From: Blastocladiella emersonii ATCC 22665
Lineage: Eukaryota > Fungi > Blastocladiomycota
Direction: 5' to 3'
DNA length: 64,000 nt
Assembly (NCBI GenBank): GCA_025594325.1
Contig: JANHCV010000003.1
Coordinates: forward strand, 1,798,001-1,862,000
Positions within the stretch are counted from its first letter, which is position 1. Every line of letters starts with the position of its first letter. The position numbers and the translations under genes were made by a program. Of this stretch, positions 49,738-62,355 are shown one piece after another. Below the pieces are notes generated by a model, which was not told the DNA's origin, did no database searches, and worked only from the letters and a program-made list of their open reading frames with translations.

Positions 49738-50312
49738 CATCGCAGCAGTCCTCGGCAGGGATCAGGGCCTCGGCGGACGACGACGTGGACGGAGACGGCG
49801 AAGGCGAGGTGGGATTGCGTTTGTGAGCCAGAGACAGGAGTGTGCGACGCGAGACGACGATGAGCGTGCTCAGAAGCGCCAAGTTTCCGTGAGAAGTGCG
49901 TAGTACGTTCGCGGGCGAAAGGGTTCTGGGGAGAGAGAACGAGGTGCGACTTGCGGGCGGCGACCCAGGCGCCCGAGCGGGCGCCGCGAACACCCGGCTG
50001 TTGCGTTTCATTTTCCGCGCTGCGATCTCCGCCGCGCTCCCCAGCTTCGCTCAACTCACGCCGGTGCTTGCGCCTTCTCTTGGCGATCTCAAAACCCGAT
50101 GAAACCGGACGGAAATTGGTTTCCTTACTCAGGTGAACTCACGTGTTGAGATCTGGACGCGAAAAAAAACTGCGCTCCCAGAACCGGCACCCGCCGGCGG
50201 CGGGGGCCGATGGCGCGAGGGGGCCGGCGCCGCCGTGGCGCCGCCCTGGCCATGGTCTCGAGGCTCGTGTTCTTGGTCGACACTCAGGCTTGCACTGCGG
50301 CCAAAGTCCTGG

Positions 50313-50684
50313 GCCCTCCCGAAGGATGAACCCGCGCGCACGACGCTCCGTGGCGCGGGCCCGGATAGGCCAAAGTGACGTGATATTCAGGATCCCCTGA
50401 CGCGAGGGGAACCCGGCCCTCCCGAAGGATGAGCCCGCGCGCACGACGCTCCGCGGCGCGGGCCCGGATAGGCCGTTTGATGTTAGTGTCGCGAGACGGG
50501 CTCGAAACGCGTCGAGACCCGCGCCCTCCCGAAGGATGAACCCGCGCGCACGACGCTCCGCGGCGCGGGCCCGGATAGGCCTCTGCTCAATGCGACTAAG
50601 GACCCCCTACCGCATGGGAACCCCGGCCCTCCCGAGGGATGAACCCGCGCGCACGACGCTCCGCGGCGCGGGCCCGACTAGGCC
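50313..50684 (-). repeat. 59-bp repeat-spacer array (mirror copy)
   Basis: Reverse complement of 31553-31924. Confidence 0.95.
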
Positions 50685-51146
50685 GCTTCGGTGTACCTCT
50701 CGACACCTCGGTTCGAGGACGAGAGGGGAGGGAGCGACTTGGTCGCCGTCACCTGCCTCGCTTGACCCAACGGACGTGATGCGGACGGTGACCCGTCGCT
50801 CAGTACCCAGAATACACCCCGCAAGGGAACGTATCCAGAGTGAGACTCTTAATCTGTTGAATGCATGAAGTCCATGGGGCCGCACAGGGCAAGATCGTGG
50901 TGTATAACACTCCCTCAAATAGAACAGAACAGCTGACGCAGCGACGGCGATGTGGCGTCGATCGGAGCAGTGATCGGCAGCGCCACGTGATGTCTCCGAC
51001 ACGCGTCTCCCATGTACGCGCAACAGCAGAGCTGCGAGTCGAAGGCCTTGCTCGCGCGGTTCGTGCCGATGTGGCGGAACGACGACGAGCGGCGCGCGAC
51101 TCGGCCGTCTCGGGATAGATGATCGCGGGAGCAGGTGCATTGACGC

Positions 51147-51287
51147 GCTTGGTCTGGTGCTCGCGCACCATGGACGCGAACACACCGCCCTCGATGGCCA
51201 TGAGCGCGGCGGCCGCGCCCTGCTCAACGATCGTGCCGCGGCTGCACACCACGACGTTCGTCGTGAGACGCGTCGATCAATCATGTG
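51147..51287 (-). pseudogene. ABC NBD C-terminal relic (mirror copy)
   Basis: Mirror of 30950-31090. Confidence 0.5.
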
Positions 51288-51630
51288 ATGCTCAGGTCTG
51301 GGTCGCGTCGCTTTCTGGTGTGCTGCTTCGACCGCTCGTCAAGACACCCCCTCCAATGCGACAAGCCCGCAACGGGTACCACGTAAACTCTGCGCAAAAT
51401 GGTTCGACGCTGTTCATGCTGCTGAAATTATTGAGCTCGCTATTCACTCTGGTAGCTTGTGCAAGAGCGGGAGCTCAAGGAGCGGTCGTGTCGCGGGGTT
51501 TCATGGCCCGAAAGAACGCGATGCGCCACTCACATGAGCGCGATGCGCCACACTCTTTCGCGCGACGGACGGGATTGATGAGACAAACTATTGCTATGCT
51601 ATTATAGAGAGATGCAAACAGTGCGCAGTC

Positions 51631-53208
51631 TTAGGCCTTGCACACGCCCTTGGGGTTCTTGATGGCGCGCTGGAAGGCGGGCATGGAGACGAGCGAGCCC
51701 GTGTTGGCCGACGCGGCGGAGCGCGCGGTGCACCCGCCGTTGGTGTGGATGCCCACGGCGACGTCTCCGATCGCGATAGCACTGCCACTATTGCCCCCCT
51801 CAGTATCAATACGGTGGCGGATGTGGAAGCGGTCCGGGAAAGAGACGACCTTGCCGTCGTCCTCCTGCTGCACCTGCGACATCTGCTTGCGCGCCTGCGC
51901 CGTGACGAAGCCGTAGCCGTAGATCTTGACCGTGCTGCCGACCTTGACCTGGTTCGGGGCAATGTCGCCCGTGGCGGGGTCGACGGCCGCGAGCGTGTAC
52001 GCCTTGTTGCCGATGGTCTCGCGGTGCGTCATGCCCGTGTTGGGGTTCGGGAAGGTGCCAAAGTACGCCCAGTCCTCGGCCTGCTCGCCGAGCCCGAGCG
52101 CCGTCAGGTTGAACTGCACCGACTTGGTGTCGACGGCGAACTGGAACTTGGGGTGCGGGTGGCGCAGGATCGCCGTCTTCTGGCCCGCGTACGTGATGAC
52201 CGCCGACTGCGGCACGTTCATCTGGATGATCTGGTCCTCGAGCACCTTGCCGTCAAAGCAGTGGCCCGCCGTGACGTGGCACCCGGCCTTGTCCGTGATG
52301 GTCCAGGCGGTGCAACCTACGGGGAAGATGCGCACGCTGCGAACGTCCGACGACGCCTTGCGCTCGTCGGCGGCCGTGCACAGCGACGCCGGCGGCGGCA
52401 GCTGCGCCTTGTTGGAGCCGAACCCGGTCTGCGTGTTGGTCTCGAGCTGCGACACGACGATCGACGGCTTCTCCTTGGGGTCCGTGTTGGGGTCGGCGAG
52501 CAGCTCGACCTTGACCTTGCCGCCGTTGAAGACGGCCGAGCGGAAGTTCCACTGCTCAATCGACTCGAAGTTGAGGTACTGGACCGCGCCGTCGGCGAGC
52601 GACGTCAGGCGCAGGATGTCGCCAGGCAGGTCCTCGCCGAATCCCGGAAAGTCGACGCGGATAAAGTTCTCGCGCAGCTTGGTCTTGGACCGGTCAAAGT
52701 GCAGGCGCGACCAGTAGATGTTCTTGGCGCCGGGCTGGACCTGGGCAATGTCGATGGTCTGCTCGAACACGACGACGTGGCCGTTGCGCGTCACGGGCGT
52801 CGGGTTGATGGGGGCGATGGGCTTGGTGGGCGGCGGGTTGGAGGGCTGGCCGGGGAACACGACGTTACCGTCGTCGTCGGGGAACGCGATGGCGCCGTTG
52901 GCCGGAGCGGTCGGCTTGGGCGTGGCGGCCGCGGTGGTGGTGCGACGGCCCGACTGGCCGGGGAACACGACGTTGCCCGAGTTGTTGTTGTTGTTGTTGG
53001 CGCTCGGACGACGGGCGTTGGACTGGCCGGGGAAGACCCACTCAATGTCGGTCTTGCCAAACGACACGTTGATGAGCTCGCGCGCGTCCGGGATGAGGAG
53101 CGGCGACGCGGCGTTGGCGGCCGGCGCAGCGTTGACGCCAGCCGACGAGGTGATGCTGGCGAGCGCAATGACCGCGGCGGCGAGGAACACGGCGGACGAC
53201 TTGGTCAT
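51631..53208 (-). CDS. Secreted trypsin-like serine protease (mirror copy)
   Basis: Identical 525-aa translation to 29029-30606. Confidence 0.88.
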   Translation of the reverse strand: MTKSSAVFLAAAVIALASITSSAGVNAAPAANAASPLLIPDARELINVSFGKTDIEWVFPGQSNARRPSANNNNNNSGNVVFPGQSGRRTTTAAATPKPTAPANGAIAFPDDDGNVVFPGQPSNPPPTKPIAPINPTPVTRNGHVVVFEQTIDIAQVQPGAKNIYWSRLHFDRSKTKLRENFIRVDFPGFGEDLPGDILRLTSLADGAVQYLNFESIEQWNFRSAVFNGGKVKVELLADPNTDPKEKPSIVVSQLETNTQTGFGSNKAQLPPPASLCTAADERKASSDVRSVRIFPVGCTAWTITDKAGCHVTAGHCFDGKVLEDQIIQMNVPQSAVITYAGQKTAILRHPHPKFQFAVDTKSVQFNLTALGLGEQAEDWAYFGTFPNPNTGMTHRETIGNKAYTLAAVDPATGDIAPNQVKVGSTVKIYGYGFVTAQARKQMSQVQQEDDGKVVSFPDRFHIRHRIDTEGGNSGSAIAIGDVAVGIHTNGGCTARSAASANTGSLVSMPAFQRAIKNPKGVCKA

Positions 53209-54695
53209 GGCGAGGATCTTCTAGGTGTTGTCGGTGGTCGATCTAGTGCGTGTGTGCGTCGACGACGGCGGTGGCGGTCTAGGGCGAGTGTGATGCTCGA
53301 GATGATGGCGTTCTTCAGGTCCCGAGGCCGCGGGAGCACGCGTGCTTTATACTTTTTGGCGGGAGTCCATGGCCGCGGGTCCTGCACCAGACGCGCAATC
53401 CACGCCGTGGGTCCATTTTTTGCGCACGCCGCGAGCGATCGCTGAGGTGAGCGGAGCGCTGCGAGCAACACGCGCCATGGAACTGGGGCCGAGTCGCCGC
53501 ATGTTGAAACTCGCGAGGCGAGGCCTGACTGGTCGCAAGTCAAAGGTTCGTAAATCCGGCGCACTGGGACGCGGCCGCGCGGCTGCGACGCCACCGTGGG
53601 GCTGGGAGGCTGGGGCTGCGCCAGCTGCTGCGCCACTGCGGCCCGCCGATGACTCTTCCGAGCGTCCACCACGTCCACGGAAATAGTGCACCTGCAAGCG
53701 TTGCTGACAAAGCGCGCGGGTGTTCACGGAGGAGTCGATGGCCTGACGCGTGCTCGCGTTGAAACGGCAGTTCCGCGCTCAAGCTTGAGAGTTGAGCTCT
53801 GGTCGCGAGCCACCGCGTCTCGTTGCAACCTTCCGCGCTTCCGCCGTCATGTCGCAACGCAGGTCGCAACGTGGCCCCAGAGTCGGGGATCGAGAATGGC
53901 ACTTGAACGCGCCAGGCTCGCAGCGGTCCGGCTGTGCTGTTTTTCCGCCCCTCGCGCTCTCAGTTCGTGGCAACCATGGCGTGATACGACTGAGTTCTCA
54001 CAGCTGGGCCGGAGCCAGCTGTTCATCCACGTCGGGTTGCGTGTCTGTGGCAGGACGACGGTTCACCGCCCCGACCCACGCGATGCAGTCGCAAGTGAGC
54101 AAACTTGGTCGATCAATCGGCTCTGGCAACACTATCGGGTTCGAACATTAGTGCGATCCAAGTCTGTAAAGTGCTGGATCACGTAAATGATCACGGCCAT
54201 GTTCGCGGCGTGTCGCGGCGCTTGTGCTTCTCATCTCAAGCGCGACGAACGGCACTACATCGGATCTCATCGTGGGGAACCCTTCTGCGAGTGGCCATGC
54301 ACGGGATCCAACTCGTTTGCTTCAGAGTGTCTACATCTCGCCGTTCCGATGTATCGCACGTCGTCAGAAGGGCTCCCCGTGTCAACAGCGGCGGCTTGCG
54401 GAACGACAAACTACGATTCTCGGCTTCCCGGTCCATGGTCACGGCTGTTCGCTAGTCTTGCCCTCCGCATTGAGGCAGACATTCGTGTCCCGCGAACCCA
54501 AGAGGAGCGCTTCCGAGCGCGTCGTTCACCCAGCACTGGCCCCACGTGAGCGTCCAAAGTGTGGCGTTGCGACGCGTCGTTGATGCGCGCCCGCCGCCCC
54601 GATCCTCCCGCTCCCCGCCGCCGGCACCCATGCATCTCCTCCCGCGTTAACTGGCCGCATTCGACACTACTACATCGTTCGATCGCGTCCACCAC

Positions 54696-57600
54696 ATGTC
54701 GGACTTCCTGCGTGGCAGCACGGCGGGGCCCGCAGGCCAACCGTCGTCCTCGGCCCCGCCGCCCCCGCCGCCGCCCCCAACCTCCGGCGCCGGCGCAGTG
54801 GGCGGCATGATGGACATTTTCAAGAAACCGACTTCGATGAGCATGGGCATGGGCATGGGCATGGGCAAGGCGTCGCTCAAGCTGGGCGGGGCCGACCTGT
54901 CCTTCTTCACGACGAAGCGGAACGCGCCCGGTGACGGGCAGTCTGCCGGCACAGCCAACCTGATCAACCCCGCGGCATCGACGAGCGGCGGCGGCAACTC
55001 GGCCGGCCTGGCGCACCAGGCGGGCAACGTGCCGCCGCCTCCGCCACCACCGCCCGCGGGTGCCCAGCCCAAGTCGCCCACGCAGTCAGCTAAGAGCAGT
55101 CTCGCTGACTCGTCGACGAATGCGGCTCGGTCGCGCGTCCTGCAGGCTCTGCTCGGCAAGGACATCATCGGACCCAACGGCAAGCGGGTCGGTTGCGGCA
55201 GCGATAGCGGGAGCGACAACGAGGCGGACGCGGACGGCGACGAGGATGACGATGAGTCGGCGTTTCTCGGACACGTTGACGGTACCCTTTCTCGATGCTC
55301 GGGTCGATGTCCGGACTAACCGAGCGTACACATTGGCCTTGTAGAGGACTTCGCCGGCCTCGAGGAAGGCTCTGCGATTCGTGAGGCATTGGAGAAGGTC
55401 CGCAGGCCTGACTCGTCGCGTTTCTTTGACCTGAACTCACCTGTGTTCATGTAGGGAAGCGACCTGCGCGAGCACACCGCCGCCGTTAGCGAGCAGCTCC
55501 GCTCGGTCGAGGAAGAGCTTGTCCGCGACTGTACGCGTTCTGCTTCCTCATCAACGATGCTAGGCTCACTCCCTCACCATCCCCCGATGTAGACATTGCC
55601 AAGGTCCCCGAGCTCGCAACGCTCGAGTCGAGCATCGCGGCGTGCGAGGGCTTCCTCGAGAACATGACGACGCTGCTGCAGGGTTTCCAAACCGACCTCG
55701 GCGCCGTATCCTCCGAAATCGCCGCGCTGCACGCGCGGTCGCAGCGGCTCGCGACGAGCCAGCGCAACCGGGCGCAGCTACAGTCGCGGCTCGCGCGGGT
55801 CCTCGACGGCACCGTGCTGTCCCCCTCCGCGATCCAGCTGCTCGTCGACGGCGAGGTGACCGAGGCGTACCAGGATGTGGTCGTCGAGCTGGACGCCAAG
55901 ATGGCGTACGTGAAGCGCAACAAGGCGCAGCACATCCGGGCATTCAAGGACGTGGGCCCGGAGCTCGAGCGGCTGCGCAACCGCGTCGCCGAGAAGGCGC
56001 GCGAGTTCTTCCTCGACAAGCTGCGCGCGCTGCGCCACGCCAACACCAACCTGCAGATGCACCAAGCCAACGTGCTGCTGCGGTTCAAGCCGCTGCACGA
56101 GTTTGTCCTGACGTGGCACCCCGAGGTCGCCCAGGAGATCCGCGGACACTACATCCACGTCGTCGCCCGGTACCACCAGGCCCTGTTCGAGCGCTATGTC
56201 AAGACGCTCGCCCGCGTCGTGTCGCCCGTCGCCGACCGGTCCGACGTCCTGGGCGGCGCCGAGGACAGCGCGTCGGGCGGTGGCGCGAGCGGGCTTCTTG
56301 CCGCGGCGTCCGAGGGACTCGTCGGGTCCGCCATGTCCTTCTTCCGGTCGTCCCCGGCCCCGAGCAGCAGCTCGGCTGCCTCGACCCCGCCGCCGCCCGG
56401 CGGAGCCAGCGCGGCGACGCTCTCCCCCTACTCGCTGCCGGCGTCCAAGTACGCCATCGGCGACCGCGCGCGGCTTCTGCGCGACGTGGACGCGCCCGTG
56501 ATCATCGGGCACGTCGCCGACGAGCACCAGCTGCGGTACCCGATCGAAGCCGTGGTGCGCTCGCTCCTGCGCATGCTCGTGGACGCGGCGTCGACCGAGT
56601 ACGGGTTCGACTCGGTCTTCTTCGTGAACCGGCGGGCGCGGCTCGGGTCGCCGGCGGCGATCGCGCAGGCTGTGTTCATGCAGGCCTTCGAGCCGACGCT
56701 CAAGACGATCGCGGCGGCGGTCGGCGCGTGGGTGACGGCGAGCTACGACGCGCTCGGGCTCGCGGTCGCGGCGCGCGTCCACGACCAGCACGTCCGCATG
56801 CTCGAGGCGCGCGGCGTCACGGTCGCGTCGCTGCTCGCGTTCATGTCCGGGCTTCAGGCGCAGCTCGTCGACCGATACACGCTCGTCATGTCCGCGCACA
56901 CGGACAGTATCCGCAAGCGCGCCGCGACAATGACGCCCAGTACCGCATCATCGCGCGGGTCTTCCCGCACGAATGCTGCAACGGCAGCGCGCGACCCGCG
57001 CCCGCACTACGTCGCGCGCCGGTACGCCGAGCTCGCGGCGTCGGTCCTCGGACTCGAGCTCCCGGTCCTCGCGCCGCCGATGCTCGCGGCGCGCGCCGAG
57101 CTCGAGACCCTGCTGGCGCGCGCGGCCGCCGCCGACTTCCCCGCGAGCCGCGACGGGCTCGTGTTCCTCATCAACAACTACGACATGGTTGCCACCGTGC
57201 TCGAGGAGAGCATCGACCACCTGCGGCACCTGCGCGAGGGGACTCCCGGTGGCGGGAACAGCGGGCGCGGTACGCCTGCCGCGGCAGCGCCGGGCTCGAG
57301 CTCGCCGCCCGTACCCTCGTCGCCGCCACCGCCGCCGGGCTCCCCGCCGCCCGCCGCGAGCCCGCTCGACGCGGAATTGATGCATTGGCAGAAGCTGCTG
57401 CACCACAAGACCATGGACTACGTCGACACGGCGCTCGCGCCGTCCTTCGGGTTCCTCCTCACGTTCGTCGACGAGACGGAGCCGCGGTCGCCGCTCGACT
57501 CGGTCTCCGCGCAAGCGTTCGAGGACGTGTCGGTCCGGTTCGGCACCGTGTGGCGCGGTGCGCTGGCGGACCTGTCGACGGACGTGGTGCGGCAGTTTGC

Positions 57601-57787
57601 GAGCTACCAGCACGGCGCGGCGGTGCTGCACGCGGTGCTCGCGCAGGTCGCCGTGTACTGGCAGCGGTACCACGCGCTGCTCGATAAGCGGTTCCCCGCG
57701 GCCCGCGGCGCCCTGCCGTTCCGCGCGCCGCCGGTCGGCGCGCAGAATGTGCTCGTTGAGATCAAGAAGTACCGCGGGACGTTCTGA
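54696..57787 (+). CDS. VPS52: GARP complex subunit Vps52/Sac2, multi-exon
   Basis: DLREH..V..QL..VE, LLQGFQTDLGAVSSEI..L..RS, AFKDVGPELERLR..V.EKAREF, Q.NVLLRFK, LVFLINNYD and NVLVEIKKYR. Confidence 0.92.
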
Positions 57788-57879
57788 GTGGGTGTCGGTG
57801 TGGAAGGAAGAGGGGATACTAGGTTTTTCATTTTCAACGACAAACAGGCAGATACGACGGGAGGGAGAGCCGACCGAGC

Positions 57880-60359
57880 TCAGTACTCGAGCCAGATATC
57901 GAGCGGGATGACCTTGTGCATGATCTCGTAGTGCGCGACGGCGACATCGAACAGGAGGCCCGACAGCTTCCCGGGCTCCTTGTCGAGGACGATACGCGGG
58001 ATCTCAGCGTTAGACTTGAGCGCCTTGTCGACCTGCGGCGGGTCCGCCCGGACCGTCGCCGGCAGCTTGTACTTTAGCCCACGGCCGCGGATCTCGCGGC
58101 CCGGCTCGACCTTGGTCTTGGACGAGGACGCCGACGACGACCCCGTCAGGCCCGAGGGCGGGTCGACGGTCGGGTCCGAGAACTCGGCGTCGGGGATCGT
58201 CAGCGCGCGCTTCTCCGAGTCAAAGTGCCACTCGTAGTAGAGGTCCTCGGGGGTGGTCTGGAGGAGCGGGTCGGCCGTGACGCCGGGCGGGCCGGGGAGC
58301 GGGATCTCGAGCTCGGCGGTGCGCGACAGGGCGAACCAGCGCATGGCGCTCCCGAAGTAGTCGTGCTCGGCGGGGTCGCGGAACACGATGGGCGCCGTGG
58401 ACGCGAAGAAGACGAGGTTGGTGAGGCCCGAGTCGTTGGGCCCGTCGGCGTCGTGCTCGGACCGCTCGGCAAAGCACCGCAGGTAAGGGAACACGGCGCG
58501 CAGCGTCTTGGCCACGTACCGGAACGGCAGCGAGTGCGGTTTCCCGACAAAGTTGACCGACAGCGTCCCACCGGGCTTGAGCACGCGCCGGATGTGCGCG
58601 AACGTCGCGTACGTGAACATGGGCTCGGGCAGCGACCCGCCCGTGAACACGTCGTGGATCACAAAGTCGTAGGTCCCGCCGCGCGTGCGCTCAACGAAGT
58701 CGCGCCCGTCGCCAATGTGCCAGTAGATGTCGGCATCGTCGCCCGCGGGCGTCTTGGGCAGCTCAAAGTACCGGCGCGCGATCTCGAGGACCGGCGCGTC
58801 GATCTCGACCACGTCGAGCGGGATCCCGGACGTCACGTACGACGAGGCCGCGGTGCCGACGCCGTACCCGATCATCAGGCCGCGCGTCGCGGCCGGGTCG
58901 GTCTCGATGGTGCGGTTCACGGCGAGGCGGTGCAGGTCGTGGTAGTAGAAGCCCGAGAAGACCGAATCGCCCGACGACCGGTACGTGCCACCGAGCAGCG
59001 AGTGGCCGGCGCGAAGGAACAGCACGTCGCGCGCCGAGTCGGCCAGGACCTGCACGTGCCCGCGCTTCTCGAGCAGCGTGTACTCGTTGTTGAGGGCAAT
59101 GGGCTACGGATCGGTCGGGCCGGTGTGAGTTTCGAGGGAGGGCGGGGACGGGGAGGGTGCGCGCAAGGTACCTGCTCAATGACGCGGACCGTGTGGCGCG
59201 AGAAGAAGAGCGACTGGACGACGAACCCGAGCGCGACCGTGGCGATAGCGGTGTGGATATACTTGCCGCGGGTCGCGGTGTAGGGCGGGTAGGCGAGCGG
59301 GATGACGAAGCCGCACAGGAGGGCGAGGACGCCGGCAACCACGGCGAGCGACGTGTCCGGGTACAGGGTCTCGACGAGGTAGCCGCAGATGGCCTTGGAA
59401 ATGTTGGCAAAGACGAACCAGATGATGGGGACGACGAGGCGGGCGAACTTGAAGTGGCGCTCGAGGACCGAGGGCGCGGTATAGGGCGTGGCCGTGACGT
59501 ACGGGAACGCGGAGACGGCGCCGCCGACGACCAGCGACACGGGGTACAGGGTGAGCGCAAAGAAGAGGTGCGGGTGCACCCACGCGGGCGCCGCGGTGTC
59601 GCCGTAGCGGGCGAGCAGGTCGGCGAGCGGGACGCTGATCGCGGCGGGGAGCAGGGCGAGGACCGTGGTGGTAGCGGGTTGGACCGAGGCGAGCTCGGGC
59701 GCAAAAAAGGCGGCGACGGGGGCGAGGAGGTGGTCGAGGCCGTGGCGCGGGCTGTGGGCGAAGCGCAGGGTGGCATCGCGGGCGGCGGGCGAGATGGCGA
59801 TGCACAGGGCGGCGAAGGCGAGGGCGCGCAGGGCGGCGTGGAAGATGGCGTCGATGCGGGCGGGGGCGAGCGAGGTGAGGCCGGATGAGGCGATGAAGGC
59901 GGCGTTGCCCGCCTTGCGTGCGTGGCGGCGGTTGGCCCAGTTGAGGTAGCCGCGGGTGCCCATCCAGGCGGGGAACAGGCAGAAGGCGGCGACGAGGTCG
60001 ACGTTCTTGTAGGCGAGCACGTTGCCGAAGACGGGCTCGGCGGCGCGCGTCGCCAGCAGCTGGATCGCGGAGAAGAGAATGGACAGGAACACGAGCGGCA
60101 TCGCGAACGTCACGTACGGGTGCCGCCACGCGTTCTGCCACGTCAGCGACCCGTCGTCGCCGCCGGACCCGCCGCGGCCCGCCGCCGCCGGCGCCAGCCT
60201 GCGCGGGTCAATGTACGCGGCGGCGGTGCGGTGCGTCGTCAGGTTGTTGGCGTCGATCTCGGCCTCGGGCTTGCCCGACTTGCCGGCGGCGGCGCCGCCC
60301 TTGGTGGTCGCGGCAGCGCCCTTGCGGCGCGTCGCGCCGGGCGTGAACTTCTCGCTCAT
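57880..60359 (-). CDS. Membrane-anchored spermidine-synthase-like SAM-dependent methyltransferase, one intron near 59090-59170
   Basis: N-terminal TM helices; LMIGYGVGT, VVEIDAPV..IARRYF, IGDGR.FV, YDFVIHDVFTGG and LKPGGTLSVN. Confidence 0.85.
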
Positions 60360-60896
60360 GGTGTAATCCGCGTCCGTTCCTTGGTGCGAGTGCGGGCGCG
60401 GCAGGTGCAATGCGAGTGCACCGAGTTGCGATCCGTAGTTCGTCAGCGGAGAGCTGGAATTCGCGCTGCAAGAAGAGCGCGTTGCTCACGGCCGCGGCGA
60501 CCAAAAAATGAACACGTCGCGTCAGCGTCACGCGGGCCTCCCCCACACGTGGCGACCCCCGACCAGCCCCCCTGCCCCGACGCGTCCTTCTCGCCCTCAC
60601 CCTGGCCGCCGCAGGCCGCGGAGCTCGACGTGTGGCATCGTGACGCGCAGTGTCGGTCCCTCGCACGCCGGCCGGGCTGGTCGCGAGGCCGCATGGTCGA
60701 CGCCGCCGTGCTCGTCAAACGTTCAAGTGGCCGAGTTGTCAACCTGTCATCGGACGAAGCTCAGTGGTGAGGGGATCGGCCTTAATCAGCGCGCGCGCCG
60801 GCGGAGCTCAGCCACACTGGGCTGACGCATCGCGTCCGCGAGTCGGCCCCGCCGGAGCCGACCTGCTTCACGCCCGACCCCGCCACAAGGGCACTC

Positions 60897-61093
60897 CAGC
60901 TGGCTGCAGCTGGGGAGACGTCTCCAGCTGTATCCAGACCCTGTAGACATCGATTTGTCCAGCTGGAAATGAGGCTTGCGTCCAGCAGTTCCCAGCTGGG
61001 TCGCCGGGTCGGGCCAGCTGTGGCCAGCTGGACAAGCCACGGATCCCAGCTGAACCCGACTGGGCTCACCGCCCTCACAGCTGCATCCAGCTG
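60897..61093. repeat. Cluster of ten CAGCTG palindromes in 197 bp
   Basis: Sites at 60897, 60907, 60925, 60960, 60993, 61015, 61025, 61047, 61078 and 61088. Confidence 0.85.
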
Positions 61094-62355
61094 GACCGTC
61101 GCCCTCACCTGACGCAAAAAAGCCGCGCTGCTCCCGGCTTGGGGAGCAACGCGGCACGTGGGATTGTTTGTGTTTGTGAACGAGACACGTGTATCGTTGT
61201 CAAGAGGCACAGGGCATGGGGAGCAGCGAGCGAGTGCGTGGGGATCGGAGGGGCGGAGGCGAAGAGTGAGCCGATGGCGGGCGACGACGTGGTGCTGACG
61301 ACAGAGTACTCGACCCTGTTGATGGTTCGAGAGTTGAGGGCAAACTGGAGCAAGCGGATAGGCTTATCGTGTGAGTGGCCCGTTGTATAGCGCGCGTGTA
61401 AAAGGCGGAGCAACGTACAGTAGCAATGGAATCACAGGCGTGGGCTACTCGGATGGCGCGGAAGGTGAATCTGGGAGTACGAGCAGTGTGAGCGGCGCAA
61501 CCCCAACGGCGGTAGTTTCCCTGCTGTACGTACCAAGGGCGCGGGCAGCGCGTGGAGACAGGGCAGGGGAACGTGAACGTGACGTTTGAGCGAGCCGTCT
61601 ACAGCACACGGGCTTGCGTGAGTGAGGCCCGCTGCCAGCCGTGTGCTCGCTGGATGACGGGAACGTACCAAGCGAGCTGCATAGCGATGAGAGTCGTGAT
61701 CGTGGTCGGCTGCGGCTATGGGCGGTAGGGAGGACGTGAGCGAGTAGTGGTAGGTGAGCAGTCGGGCGCAGGGTGCGTGGGTACGCGTTCCGGAGGTTGA
61801 GCAGTGTGGTGAGGAGAAGTTGGGGACGAGCAGCGGCGGCAGCGTAAAATAGCGGCCGACCGGAAGGGGTTGCGTCCAGGCGGGCTCGCTGTCATGTGAC
61901 CGCGTCTCCATGGGCTCCCGAGACGCGTCGCCCGACGTCCTCGTCCCCTACTACACTCACAGGTGTCCCGTCCGTCGATCCGGTACGCTTAAGCGCTCCA
62001 TGAATGTACTGCGACAGCCCAGTGTGACTCAAACCACGCCAGCGGCGAGAAGCGGCCATCGGCGCACGCGTCAAGGGCGCCGTCTCGCCCGAACACGACA
62101 GACATAAAGTATAAGCGCAGATCCACGGGAGGCAAAGTTTGCATCGAGTCTTTCATGTCCCTCGCGCGGGGAGTGCATCGCAGGGGGAGACTCGGAGGAG
62201 GGACGCGACGCGAGGCGATCAGCAGCGGCCCACGCTTCCGCCGCTCCCTCTGAACACGCGCTTCGCACCGCGATCTGCTCGCGCTCTCCCTTCCGCTCTG
62301 GCCACGACATGGAACCAACACCAAAAATATAATGTAACAAGTACTTGCACAAAAC

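Larger units (their letters stand above)
45857..53826. repeat. Right arm of the 7,970-bp inverted repeat
   Basis: Mirror of 28411-36380. Confidence 0.97.

Noticed and set aside
28411-53826. Inverted-repeat centromere or flip-flop mating-type locus
   Set aside because: No HMG, homeodomain or alpha-box gene is recognised between the arms, and the core is gene-containing and not strongly AT-rich. Cannot be supported from sequence alone.
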